From positions 3,648,001 to 3,712,000 of the forward strand of contig CBDBGH010000003.1 in NCBI GenBank assembly GCA_965205265.1: a stretch of 64,000 bases of DNA, read 5' to 3'. Source of the DNA: Alphaproteobacteria bacterium (GTDB taxonomy: Bacteria; Pseudomonadota; Alphaproteobacteria; Bin95). The notes under the pieces are model-generated. The model searched no databases, was not told where the DNA came from, and was given only the letters and a program-made list of their open reading frames with translations. The number at the start of each line of letters is the position of its first letter. Position 1 is the first letter of the stretch. This document shows, piece by piece, positions 7,094-16,181 of the stretch. Both the position numbers and the translations under genes were made by a program.

Positions 7094-8236
7094 ATGAAGG
7101 TCGCGCTCGCACTCTCCGGGGGCGGCGTCCGAGCGGCCGTGTTCCACTGTGGCGTGCTGCAGCGCTTGGCGCTGGACGGCTTGTTGGAATCGACGGCGTT
7201 TGTGTCGACGGTCTCAGGGGGCAGTCTGGTCGTGGGGTTAATCCTCTGCCAGAACGGCCATCAATGGCCGGGCAGCAAGGAGTTTCTCGAAGCCGTGCTG
7301 CCGAGCGTTAGGACTCGGCTCACGACGGCGACCCTGCAATGGTCCTATGCGTGGAGGTCGGTCGTGCTCCCCTGGAGACTTGCCCGCGGGCGTGCGCACG
7401 TTCTCGCGGGCCTGCTTGAAGCCCAATGGGGAATCTGCGGGACGATGCAGGACGCACCTGAGACACCCCGTTGGATGGTGAATGCGACCTGTTACGAAAC
7501 AGGGCGGAACTGGCGGTTCAGCCAGCGACGAATGGGCGACTACGCTACGAACTATGTGTTGAAGCCGACGACGCCAATCGCCGATGCGATCGCCGCTTCG
7601 GCCGCCGTGCCGGGGGCAATCGGACCGCTTGCGATCCGGTCGGCCGACTACGATTGGCACCGCTACGAGAGTGGACAGCTTGTGGCGAGCTCGACGCCTG
7701 CAAAGCGGTACGCGTTGTGGGACGGTGGAGTGTACGACAACTTGGGCGTGGAATCACTGTTCAAACCCGGCGGCGGATTCCGTGACGGCTTCGACTTCCT
7801 GGTGGTGAGCGACGCATCGGCACCGCTGTCCCTGGACATTGGGAAGGTCAAGCGAATGTTCATGCCATGGCGGCGAGCGCTTCGTCTGGTGGACGTGGCA
7901 ACGGAGCAGGTGCGGGGGTTGCGGGCGCGGTCGCTGATCGCCGAGTTTCAGCGAGCCCCGGCAGCGGGCGTTTATGTAAGGATTGGCAACACCGTCGAGA
8001 CGGTTTACGGCGCCGTACGCCGAGAGCCTCCCGCCGGGGAGCATCTCGGGGAGATCGACGTCGCCCGCGCGGAGCGTTTCAAGACGACTCTCCGACGACT
8101 TAGCGGGGAAGAGTTCGAACTCTTGAGGCGACATGGATTCGAGGTGGCGAACGCGACGTTGGCAACGCGGCAGCCCGAGCGGTTTTCGTACAGGGTGTTG
8201 TCCGGCGCGCCGCTTCCACGCCGATCAGCACCATAA
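7094..8236 (+). CDS. Patatin-like phospholipase
   Basis: ALSGGGVRA oxyanion loop, STVSGGS nucleophile elbow, ASAAVPG, DGGVYDNLG catalytic Asp. Confidence 0.9.
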   Translation: MKVALALSGGGVRAAVFHCGVLQRLALDGLLESTAFVSTVSGGSLVVGLILCQNGHQWPGSKEFLEAVLPSVRTRLTTATLQWSYAWRSVVLPWRLARGRAHVLAGLLEAQWGICGTMQDAPETPRWMVNATCYETGRNWRFSQRRMGDYATNYVLKPTTPIADAIAASAAVPGAIGPLAIRSADYDWHRYESGQLVASSTPAKRYALWDGGVYDNLGVESLFKPGGGFRDGFDFLVVSDASAPLSLDIGKVKRMFMPWRRALRLVDVATEQVRGLRARSLIAEFQRAPAAGVYVRIGNTVETVYGAVRREPPAGEHLGEIDVARAERFKTTLRRLSGEEFELLRRHGFEVANATLATRQPERFSYRVLSGAPLPRRSAP

Positions 8237-8334
8237 GTGACTGATCCCGTTGGATACCGAAGTATCAGGCCCCCGCGCATAGCGGCATGCCAGATCGAGT
8301 GCCCCGAAAGGCGGGAAGGCACGCCTGAGCCCTG

Positions 8335-10218
8335 TCAGAGCTTGAGCGCGCGCCCCTTGCGGCGGACCTTCTTCGGGGTGGGAATCTTCTCGCCCGGCCA
8401 GAGGATGTCGGCATAGGCGAGCGGGCGGTCGGCGAAGCCGAGCCGCATGGCGGGCGTGGCGCCGTCCACGCCGGTGTGGATGAAGTTGTTCACCGCCCGG
8501 AAGACGTCGAGATATTTCTGCACCATGTCCGGCCTGTAGGGCGCATAGCCGTACCAGACCTGCTGCCAGCGCCCGCTCGCCGTGTCGATCGGGCGCTCCA
8601 GGGCCGAGAGGAACCGCCGGGTCAGCTGGAAGACATTGTCCACCTGCGCGACCGAGGCCGCGAGATAGAGCCGGGCCCTGTCGTCGAGCTCCATATCCGG
8701 GCTCTCCGTGATCCAGCGGACCTCCTTGCCGGGCTCCTGGGCGGTCGGCACCGGGTGCCGCAGCCAGCCGTCCTCGGGCAGGCCGTCCGCCCGCAGGGCG
8801 GTCCGGATCATCTCGAAGCCGAGCTCCTCCTCCGTCATGCCCTCAAGATGTCGAGCCCGGGCGAAGGCCCGCATCTGCCTCTCGGTCTCGCGGTAGATGC
8901 GGTTGCGCTCGTCGATCGGGCAATCCTTGGCGTAGCGCACCAGGAAGCCCTGCGCGCGACCCTCGCAGACCTGCTCCTGGAAGGCGCACATGAAGGACGC
9001 GATGGTCGAGAGATGCTGGTCCATCGACAGCTGGAGCCGCTCGACGCCGGCGCCCTTCAGGATCTCGCGCAGCACGAACATGTGCCCGAGCGTCCGGTAG
9101 CCGGTCTTCACCAGCATGCCGGAGCGCAGCATGGTGTCGCGCAGCGGCCCCTGGCCCGGCACGATCTCCATCTCCGCCACGTCGGCATAGGCATTGGCCG
9201 CCCGGAAAGCGTCCTGGATGTCGCCGACGGCCTGTTCGGCCGCCCGGGCGCCCATGCGGCGCTGGCCGGTGCGCCCGCTGCGCATCTCGTCGCCGGCGAG
9301 CCAGAAGCGGGCATATCTGCGGAACGCCTCCTTGCGGGTCAGGTCGCCCAGTTCGGCCGACTCCTGGTTGACGTCGAACGGGTCGAAGCGCGGATCGTGG
9401 TTCACGTCCAGTTCGAGGATGAAGCGCGAGCCGGCATCGACGCTGCAGCAGGAGGTCACCTCGACCGTGCGGCGCTGGACCTTGCGCGGCCAGTTGACCA
9501 TGAGCGACTGCGAGTCGAGGGCGATGTCCATCTCGGCCGGCAGGCGCCGCGCGCCGGTCAGGAACGCCCGTGTGACGGCGCCGTTCATCTCCCGGCAGCG
9601 CCGGTGGATGAAGTCGAAGACCGTGTAGTAGTCCTTGCAGCTGTTGAGCCCGGCCCCTTCCACCGTGCGGCGCATCGGGGACTTGTTGGCGATTCGAGAG
9701 AGCACATCGGCGGCGAGCGACTGGTTCTTCGCGTGGATCCTGGGAGCCTTGCGCGAGACGAGGATGCGCCGCAGGCAGGCCTTGCACTGGTAGTAACGGT
9801 TCTCCGGCGTCTTGTAGTAGCCGCGCCTCCAATAGCGATCCCGATGCTCGCCGACCGAGAGGCCGAAATTGGCGCAGCCCTCAGTCTTGCAGGCGAAGTG
9901 GTGCTCCAGCGGCCGGGCATAGTCGGAGATGCGCTCGATCTCCTCGGCGATAGCCGCGTTCGAGCGGATGGCGCCCTTGCCCCTGCAGACCTTGCACTCG
10001 ATGGCGGGTTCCTGGCCCTTGGCGGTCGAGTTCAGCTTGTACCGGAGATCGCGGTCCCGGCTCGGCCCGGTCTTGCCGCGCTTCGTGCGCGCCGGCACGC
10101 CGAAATTGGCGCAGCCCGGCGTGCGGCAGTGGTTGACCTGAACCGGGAACGGTTCTCCGAGGAGCCTGGCATGGGCGATTTCGGGGACCCGGAGCGAGCG
10201 GCGGGGCGTTGAAGCCAT
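8335..10218 (-). CDS. Large Zn-ribbon/DDE transposase-like protein (IS1/IS6-like C-terminus)
   Basis: N-terminal CRTPGCANFG, CKVC, CKTEGCANFG, CKAC; putative acidic triad IALD, SMD, VDNVFQLTRR; C-terminal NF...TPAMRLG typical of IS1-like DDE enzymes; AGAGG RBS before ATG 10218. Confidence 0.6.
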   Translation of the reverse strand: MASTPRRSLRVPEIAHARLLGEPFPVQVNHCRTPGCANFGVPARTKRGKTGPSRDRDLRYKLNSTAKGQEPAIECKVCRGKGAIRSNAAIAEEIERISDYARPLEHHFACKTEGCANFGLSVGEHRDRYWRRGYYKTPENRYYQCKACLRRILVSRKAPRIHAKNQSLAADVLSRIANKSPMRRTVEGAGLNSCKDYYTVFDFIHRRCREMNGAVTRAFLTGARRLPAEMDIALDSQSLMVNWPRKVQRRTVEVTSCCSVDAGSRFILELDVNHDPRFDPFDVNQESAELGDLTRKEAFRRYARFWLAGDEMRSGRTGQRRMGARAAEQAVGDIQDAFRAANAYADVAEMEIVPGQGPLRDTMLRSGMLVKTGYRTLGHMFVLREILKGAGVERLQLSMDQHLSTIASFMCAFQEQVCEGRAQGFLVRYAKDCPIDERNRIYRETERQMRAFARARHLEGMTEEELGFEMIRTALRADGLPEDGWLRHPVPTAQEPGKEVRWITESPDMELDDRARLYLAASVAQVDNVFQLTRRFLSALERPIDTASGRWQQVWYGYAPYRPDMVQKYLDVFRAVNNFIHTGVDGATPAMRLGFADRPLAYADILWPGEKIPTPKKVRRKGRALKL

Positions 10219-10356
10219 GGCTCTGCCTCTTGTAATGAGGCGGTCCATCGTAACGCCGGAGGGGCTTCCTGTCAAGCCTGAATTAGAACATTGGCAAGTA
10301 AAAACAATGTGTTATCCGGGTTTCCTATCGACCCCCAGAGAATTCAAAGGAACTTT

Positions 10357-10504
10357 TGTGTCAGTTTATGACTGCTAAAATATGCCATATTATCAATGCA
10401 TTATATCGTATTTTGACACAGAATTTTCATCGGCTATCTCTCCGCCATAGCGGATGCTCCTTTTGTGGGAACCTGCTGTGAACTCGATACTCAACGTATT
10501 GATT
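10357..10504. promoter_or_regulatory. AT-rich spacer with two IHF-consensus sites and a TGTGTCA/TGACACA inverted pair
   Basis: TATCAATGCATTA (10391-10403, +) and AATCAATACGTTG (10492-10504, -) match WATCAANNNNTTR; TGTGTCA at 10357-10363 and TGACACA at 10414-10420. Confidence 0.5.
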
Positions 10505-10659
10505 TTCCGCCATTAACTGCCGCCGTTCAGCACCGCAACATGTTGCTTCGGAACGATTTCACGGGGTCAACGGCGGTGTCGAACAACATGGAGCGAGGCG
10601 CGCAAGCGCCGGATCGCGCCGGCCCGGGGTTTCGGTCGTGGCGCAGCGTCATGACGTGA

Positions 10660-10912
10660 ACGCGAACCCGGTCTTCAGTTGGCGACGACTATAGGGGCAC
10701 AGGCTGCGACCGGGGGCACCTGGCTCCGGCCGACGCCATGAAATGGTCGGAAGAAGCCATGAGCGGCAGCCTCTTCCTGGCGAATACCGCGCCGCAGGAC
10801 GGGGTAGGGTTCAGCCGGCACATATGGAAGGCGCTGGAGCGGGGGATGCGGCGCCGGGCCTGTGAACGCGGCCGGCTCCCTGTCATGACCGGGCCCCTTT
10901 ACGAGACCCGCC
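10660..10912 (+). pseudogene. DNA/RNA non-specific endonuclease (NucA/EndoG family) fragment
   Basis: DYRGTGCDRGHLAPADAMKWSEEAMSGSLFLANTAPQ...WKALE...TGPLY contains the DRGH motif; in-frame TGA immediately upstream, no N-terminus, and the 3' part runs into the ABC permease. Confidence 0.8.
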
Positions 10913-11932
10913 CTACCGCCCCCCTGCCGACCAGGAAGCGGCGGCAGTCCTGCCCTGTCCCTGCCTGTCCACACGGCGCCGGATGGCATCCTCAATGCTG
11001 CCGAGTATGCCTTTTGGCAGGAAGACGATGAACAGGACGAGCGCTACGCCGTAGATCGCGTTGTCGAGGCCGACGGCGTCCGTGCCAATGTAGATGCGCA
11101 GTATCTCGGCCAACAGCAGCGTGATGATGGCGCCGAAGGTCGGGCCGAACTGGGTAAACACCCCGCCCGCGACGACAGCGAACACGATCTGAAGCGAGAT
11201 ACCGATGCCGCTCACCGTGTCGGGCGCAACGAACAATTGGTATTGCACATACATCGCGCCGCCGAACGCCGTCATGACCGCAGAGAGCACGGTGATCTTC
11301 AGCTTTTCCCAGGTGACGTTGATGCCGGCGGCGGCGGCGCTGTCCTCGTCCTCGCTTATCGCATCGAGCGCATTGCGGACCATCGAGCGGTCCACTGCCC
11401 GCCAGACCAGGAGGCCGGCCAGCCAAACGACGACGGCGATCAGGAACCAGGTTTCCTTGTCCTCGAACTGCAGCGCGATATAGCCGGGCGTGTCGTCATT
11501 GCCCTTCGGCGTGGGCGTGAAGCCGAGCGAGCCGCCGGTATGGTCGCGCGTCGCGATCACCGTTTGCCGCACCACCTCCGTCAGCGCCAGGGTGACGAGC
11601 GCGAAATAGTGGCCCGTGATGCGGAACTTGAAGCAGGGGTAGCCGACGATCACCGCAAGCAGGGCCGCGAGCGCGAGCGCAATCGGGATGCCGAGCCAGG
11701 GCGTCATGCCGGCATAGTTCCAGAGCAGCGCCGTGGCATAGGCGCCGAGCCCCATGAAGGCGCCGTGACCGAGCGACACCAGGCCGAAACGGCCCATGAG
11801 CGACCAGCCGGTGTAGGTGAACGACCATATCAGGATCACGATCATGATATGCAGCGGATAGGACGGGATGCCGATAAGGGCCGCGATAGCGAGCAGCGCC
11901 GCGAAGGCTATCGGCAGGGTCAGGCTGTTCAT
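10913..11932 (-). CDS. Branched-chain amino acid-type ABC transporter permease (LivM-like)
   Basis: Hydrophobic; GLVSLGHGAFMGLGAY, GHYFALVTLA, AISEDEDSAAAAGIN; start MNSLTL overlaps the upstream stop. Confidence 0.9.
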   Translation of the reverse strand: MNSLTLPIAFAALLAIAALIGIPSYPLHIMIVILIWSFTYTGWSLMGRFGLVSLGHGAFMGLGAYATALLWNYAGMTPWLGIPIALALAALLAVIVGYPCFKFRITGHYFALVTLALTEVVRQTVIATRDHTGGSLGFTPTPKGNDDTPGYIALQFEDKETWFLIAVVVWLAGLLVWRAVDRSMVRNALDAISEDEDSAAAAGINVTWEKLKITVLSAVMTAFGGAMYVQYQLFVAPDTVSGIGISLQIVFAVVAGGVFTQFGPTFGAIITLLLAEILRIYIGTDAVGLDNAIYGVALVLFIVFLPKGILGSIEDAIRRRVDRQGQGRTAAASWSAGGR

Positions 11933-12903
11933 GACCGCCGCCCCATAATGCCCTCGGGCCGGACGAACATCATCGCGATGAAGAAGGCGAAGGCGAACAC
12001 ATAGCCCCACTCCAGGTCGAAGTGGTAGCCGCCGAGCGCAATCAGCTCGGACAGGATGAATGCGGCGATAAAGCCGCCCACCATGTTCCCGAGGCCGCCC
12101 AGCACGCAGATCATGAAGGTGATCGGCCCGAAGCTGAGGCCGACGAAGGGATGCACATCGTATTGCAGCACCAGCAGGCAGGCCGCGAGGCCGGCAAGGC
12201 CGCCGCCGATGGCGCTCGAAATCAGGTAGAGCCGGCCCTGGGATGCGCCCATGAGCGTCATGATCTCGCGGTCCTGGCTGATGGCGCGGATCGCCGTGCC
12301 CATGAAGGTTCGTGTCAGGAACAGGTAGAGGAAGGCGACGCAGGCGGCGGCGACGATGAAGGCCGCAAGCCGCGACCAGGAAATGTAGATGTCCTCGGTG
12401 AGCGGAAACGAGCCGAGCGAGACGCCCAGATTTCGGAAGTCGATACCGAAGGCGAGCGTGGCAACGCTCTGGAAGAAGAACAGCAGGCCTCCCGTCGCCA
12501 GCAGTTGGTTGATCGGTGCCGAGTCCAGCAGGTGACGGATGACCAACCGGTGCACGGCATAGCCGATAAGGGCCGTCAGCAGGATGCCCGCCGGCATGGC
12601 GAGCAGCAGCGGCACGCCGTAGTAGCTGTGCAGGTAGTAGATGCCGTACATGCCCAGCATCACGATCTCGGCGTAGCAGATCCAGACGACATCGACGACG
12701 CCGAAGATCAGGTTCAGGCCGAGGGACAGCAGAGCCAGAACGCCGCCGAGAAGCAGCCCGTTGATCATCGCCTCGTAGAGGAAAACGTCCGACACCGCGA
12801 AACCGAGATTACCCTCCCGTATGATCGCGGGCACATAGGCCAGGCACACGAACAGCCCTGCCGCGATTACGATCAGCCAGACGCGGGTGTCGATCCTGCC
12901 CAT
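11929..12903 (-). CDS. Branched-chain amino acid-type ABC transporter permease (LivH-like)
   Basis: LGLNLIFGV, GTAIRAISQD, VLGGLG, VRPEG motifs. Confidence 0.9.
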   Translation of the reverse strand: MGRIDTRVWLIVIAAGLFVCLAYVPAIIREGNLGFAVSDVFLYEAMINGLLLGGVLALLSLGLNLIFGVVDVVWICYAEIVMLGMYGIYYLHSYYGVPLLLAMPAGILLTALIGYAVHRLVIRHLLDSAPINQLLATGGLLFFFQSVATLAFGIDFRNLGVSLGSFPLTEDIYISWSRLAAFIVAAACVAFLYLFLTRTFMGTAIRAISQDREIMTLMGASQGRLYLISSAIGGGLAGLAACLLVLQYDVHPFVGLSFGPITFMICVLGGLGNMVGGFIAAFILSELIALGGYHFDLEWGYVFAFAFFIAMMFVRPEGIMGRRS

Positions 12904-12934
12904 TTCCGTTCCCCGTCCCCCGAAACGCCCGGCC

Positions 12935-13639
12935 TCAAAGGCCCATGTAGAGGCGCCGAATCTCGTCGCTCGCCGCCAGCTCTTCCGCCGAGCCGGTCAT
13001 CCGGATCGAGCCCGCCTCAAGCACGTAGGCCCGGTCCACGACGCGCAACACCTGCTGTACATTCTGCTCGACGATCAGCACCGTCAGCCCCTGCTCCCGG
13101 ATGACCCGGACCAGTTCGAAAATGCGCTGCACGATCACCGGCGCGAGCCCGGCCGAGGGCTCGTCCAGCAGCAGCAGCTTGGGTTCGCTCATCAGCGCGC
13201 GTCCGATGGCGCACATCTGCTGTTCGCCGCCGGAGAGCGTGCCGGCAAGCTGGTGGCGGCGCTCCTTCATGCGCGGGAACAGGTCATAGACGAAGTCGAG
13301 CCGCCGGGCGAAAGCGGCACGCGCAGAGGGCACAAAGGCGCCCATGCGCAGATTGTCCTCCACCGACATGCGCGGGAACAGGCGCCGGTTCTCCGGAACA
13401 TGCGCGATCCCGAGCTCCACTATGCGGTGCGGCGGCGTGGCGACGAGGTTCCGCCCTTCCATGTCCATGCGGCCGCCGCGCGCCGGGATAAGGCCCGAGA
13501 TGACCCGCATCAGCGTGGTCTTGCCGGCGCCGTTCGGGCCGATCACGGCGACAGCCTCGCCGGCCTTCACCTCAAGGGTGCAGCCGAACAACGCCTGGAA
13601 GGTGCCGTATCCGGCATCGACATTGGAGAGCGCGAGCAT
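12935..13639 (-). CDS. ABC transporter ATP-binding protein (LivF-like)
   Basis: GPNGAGKT, LSGGEQQM, LLLDEPS. Confidence 0.95.
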   Translation of the reverse strand: MLALSNVDAGYGTFQALFGCTLEVKAGEAVAVIGPNGAGKTTLMRVISGLIPARGGRMDMEGRNLVATPPHRIVELGIAHVPENRRLFPRMSVEDNLRMGAFVPSARAAFARRLDFVYDLFPRMKERRHQLAGTLSGGEQQMCAIGRALMSEPKLLLLDEPSAGLAPVIVQRIFELVRVIREQGLTVLIVEQNVQQVLRVVDRAYVLEAGSIRMTGSAEELAASDEIRRLYMGL

Positions 13640-13663
13640 GGGGTTCCGGCGTGCCGCCCTGTA

Positions 13664-14413
13664 TCAGCCCGGCGCCGCTACCGCGCCGGTATCGACCGTA
13701 TCCGTGCCGAGATAGACCTCGATCACCCGCGGGTCGTTCGCCACTTCCGCGGGCGTGCCCTCGGATATCTTCTCGCCGTGGTCCAGCACCATCACGCGGT
13801 CCACCACGCGCATCAGCACCCCCATGATGTGCTCAACCCAGATTACCGTGATGCCCATCTCGGCGCGGATCTTGCCGAGCATGTCCGCCGCCTGGTCCAT
13901 TTCGCTGTCGTCGAGGCCGCCCAGGCTTTCGTCGGCCAGCAGCAGCCGGGGTCTTGTCGCCAGCGCCTTGGCGAGTTCGAGCTTCTTGAGCCCGGCGGCG
14001 CCGAGGCTGCCCGTCTCGGCCCTGGGGTCGGTCGGCAGCCCGACCATCTCCAGCGCCTCCTCCGCCGCCTCCCAGGCCTCCGCCCGGCTGACGCCGTCCT
14101 GGCCGTAGAACCCGGCCAGCGCCGCGTTCTCCAGAATCGACAGCCGCCGGAACGGGCGCGGGATCTGGAAGGTGCGCCCGATGCCCATATGCACGATCCG
14201 GTGCGGCATCAGCCCGGCCAGTTCCCGGCCTTCGAAGCGGATCGAGCCGGCGGTGGGCGCAAAGGCTCCGGCGAGCATGTTGAAGATCGTGCTCTTGCCG
14301 GAGCCGTTAGGCCCGATCAGCCCCAGGATTTCTCCCTGCTCGACATCGAAGGAAACATCGTTCACGGCCGTGAAGCCGCCGAAACGCTTGACGAGATGTT
14401 CGACGGCCAGCAC
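13664..14413 (-). CDS. ABC transporter ATP-binding protein (LivG-like)
   Basis: GPNGSGKS, RTFQ, LLADE, VEH, C-terminal VIEVYLG. Confidence 0.95.
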   Translation of the reverse strand: MLAVEHLVKRFGGFTAVNDVSFDVEQGEILGLIGPNGSGKSTIFNMLAGAFAPTAGSIRFEGRELAGLMPHRIVHMGIGRTFQIPRPFRRLSILENAALAGFYGQDGVSRAEAWEAAEEALEMVGLPTDPRAETGSLGAAGLKKLELAKALATRPRLLLADESLGGLDDSEMDQAADMLGKIRAEMGITVIWVEHIMGVLMRVVDRVMVLDHGEKISEGTPAEVANDPRVIEVYLGTDTVDTGAVAAPG

Positions 14414-14455
14414 GGCGCGTGTTCCCTCCCCCGATGCGCGCGGATGCGCGAACCG

Positions 14456-15769
14456 TCACTTCGCGTAGGGCGAGGAATCCGGCAGCGGCAGCACGGGATC
14501 GATGGTCTGGAGCGCCTTCGGCCAGGCGACCTTGATCTCTTCGTCCACATACTGGACGACGACCGGGAAGGCCTCGGTGTTCTGGCCGTCCATGGCGCTT
14601 CCGGGCTCGGGAAATTTGACGCCGAAACCGAGCAGGGTGCCGCCGACCGGGATATCGGTCTCCAGCGCCGCAGCCCGCAGCGCGTCCGCCGAGATACCGC
14701 CATGGTCGCGGATCGCGCGCGGCAGCACGTCGGTGAAGAAGACATGCGCATTGGACGCCGCCATGCCGACATGGGCGGAAATCTTCTTCAGGTCCATGTC
14801 GGGCGTATCGACCGCCTTGGCGTATTCCTTGCCGACCAGTTCGGTCACCTCGCCCAGCCCGGGCGCAAGCGACGCTGGGTCAAGAAGCCAGATCGACACC
14901 GGATCGACATTGAAGATGTAGTTGGCCGCATCCCCGAAGGCTTCGTAGAGCTTGGCGGGCACGCCGTAGCCGGCGCCGTGGCCGATCAGCGCGCGGAAGC
15001 GCAGGCCCTGCTCCTGCGCCTGACGCAGGAACAGCGTGATATCCGGGTTGTAGCCGGTGTGCAGGATCACGTCCGGGCGGGCGCGTTTCAGTTTCGTCAC
15101 CAGCGAAGACAGGTCGGGCGCCGTGGTGGCGTATCCTTCCTTCAGCACGACCTCGAAGCCCTGCTCCTTTGCGCCGGCCTCGTTGCCGGCGGCCACGCCG
15201 GAGCCGTAGGGGCCATCCTCATGAATGATCGCGACCTTGAGGTCCGAGGGCTCGATGCCGAGCTTCTCCTGGGAATAGGCCGCCAGGAAATCGGTAGAGG
15301 ACGTGCCGAACATGCCGCCGTGGACCTGCGGGCGGAACACATATTTCAGGTTCCGGTCGCGGAGCACCGCCGGCGAGATGCAGGTGGTGATCCACATGAA
15401 CTTCTTGAGCTGCTCGACGCGGGCCGCGACCGGCACGCACTGGGCCGAGCTGTAGAAGCCGAGCAGCATGTCCACATTTTCCTGCTCGATCAGCCGGACG
15501 GCTTCGTTGATCGCGACATCGGGCTTGGACTGCGCGTCGGCATAGATCGGCTCGATCTTGTAGCCTTCGACACCGCCCTGGGCATTGATGTAGTCGATCA
15601 TGATCTTGGCGCCGCGGGCCTGGAGTTCCGACCCGCCGCCGGCCAGCGGCCCCGTATAGTCGTAGATCACGCCGATCTTGATGACTTTGTCCGCTGCCTC
15701 TGCCGATACTGCAAACGCCAATGCCGCCGCGCCTGTCACCAGGCCGCGTGCGATTGTTCCGAGCTTCAT
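14456..15769 (-). CDS. ABC transporter substrate-binding protein (LivJ/K-like)
   Basis: Signal peptide, IKIGVIYDYTGPLA, INAQGGV; first gene of the ABC operon. Confidence 0.9.
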   Translation of the reverse strand: MKLGTIARGLVTGAAALAFAVSAEAADKVIKIGVIYDYTGPLAGGGSELQARGAKIMIDYINAQGGVEGYKIEPIYADAQSKPDVAINEAVRLIEQENVDMLLGFYSSAQCVPVAARVEQLKKFMWITTCISPAVLRDRNLKYVFRPQVHGGMFGTSSTDFLAAYSQEKLGIEPSDLKVAIIHEDGPYGSGVAAGNEAGAKEQGFEVVLKEGYATTAPDLSSLVTKLKRARPDVILHTGYNPDITLFLRQAQEQGLRFRALIGHGAGYGVPAKLYEAFGDAANYIFNVDPVSIWLLDPASLAPGLGEVTELVGKEYAKAVDTPDMDLKKISAHVGMAASNAHVFFTDVLPRAIRDHGGISADALRAAALETDIPVGGTLLGFGVKFPEPGSAMDGQNTEAFPVVVQYVDEEIKVAWPKALQTIDPVLPLPDSSPYAK

Positions 15770-16181
15770 GGCACCCCTCCCGGTCTCGCCTGTAGCCGCA
15801 TTCTATAGCAGCCTGCCGGCGTGGAGTCAGCAAGCGGGAAGCATCGATGCGGGCAACAGCGGCACACAGGGACGCCTGGCCCCAAAGTGTGTTGGGTTAT
15901 CCCGCTCAACCGCACCGGGAAGAAGAGGGCAGAAGGAAAGATTGGCCCACAATATAGCCGGTCCGCTTGTTGCGGGAAGCTCATATCCTGCAAGGCATTG
16001 CAATAGAGCGCTTCTCCTTTTCCGGGCTCCGATCTTTATTTCCTGACGGCGACTCGGTCAGGATGATGTCATACCAGCGGCGTCGGGTTACGACTCATGG
16101 AGGATGCCCCCCGCTTGACCGCGCGGACGCCCGAACGCATAGACGGCGGACAGGCGCTCTCGGACGGGATGGAAAGCACCA

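Noticed and set aside
3077-8236. Calling the operon type II CBASS
   Set aside because: No ORF with a CD-NTase GS...DxD nucleotidyltransferase signature in or near the operon within this window; E1 and E2 are unfused and there are two E2s.
8237-10460. Terminal inverted repeats for the Zn-ribbon transposase-like gene
   Set aside because: No convincing match between the 8237-8334 and 10220-10460 flanks by eye, so element ends are not called.
12887-15808. 973-aa plus-strand ORF, and similar long ORFs at 8476-10212, 37088-39397, 43395-46898 and 55812-57611
   Set aside because: Antisense shadows of well-supported genes, expected from high-GC codon bias.
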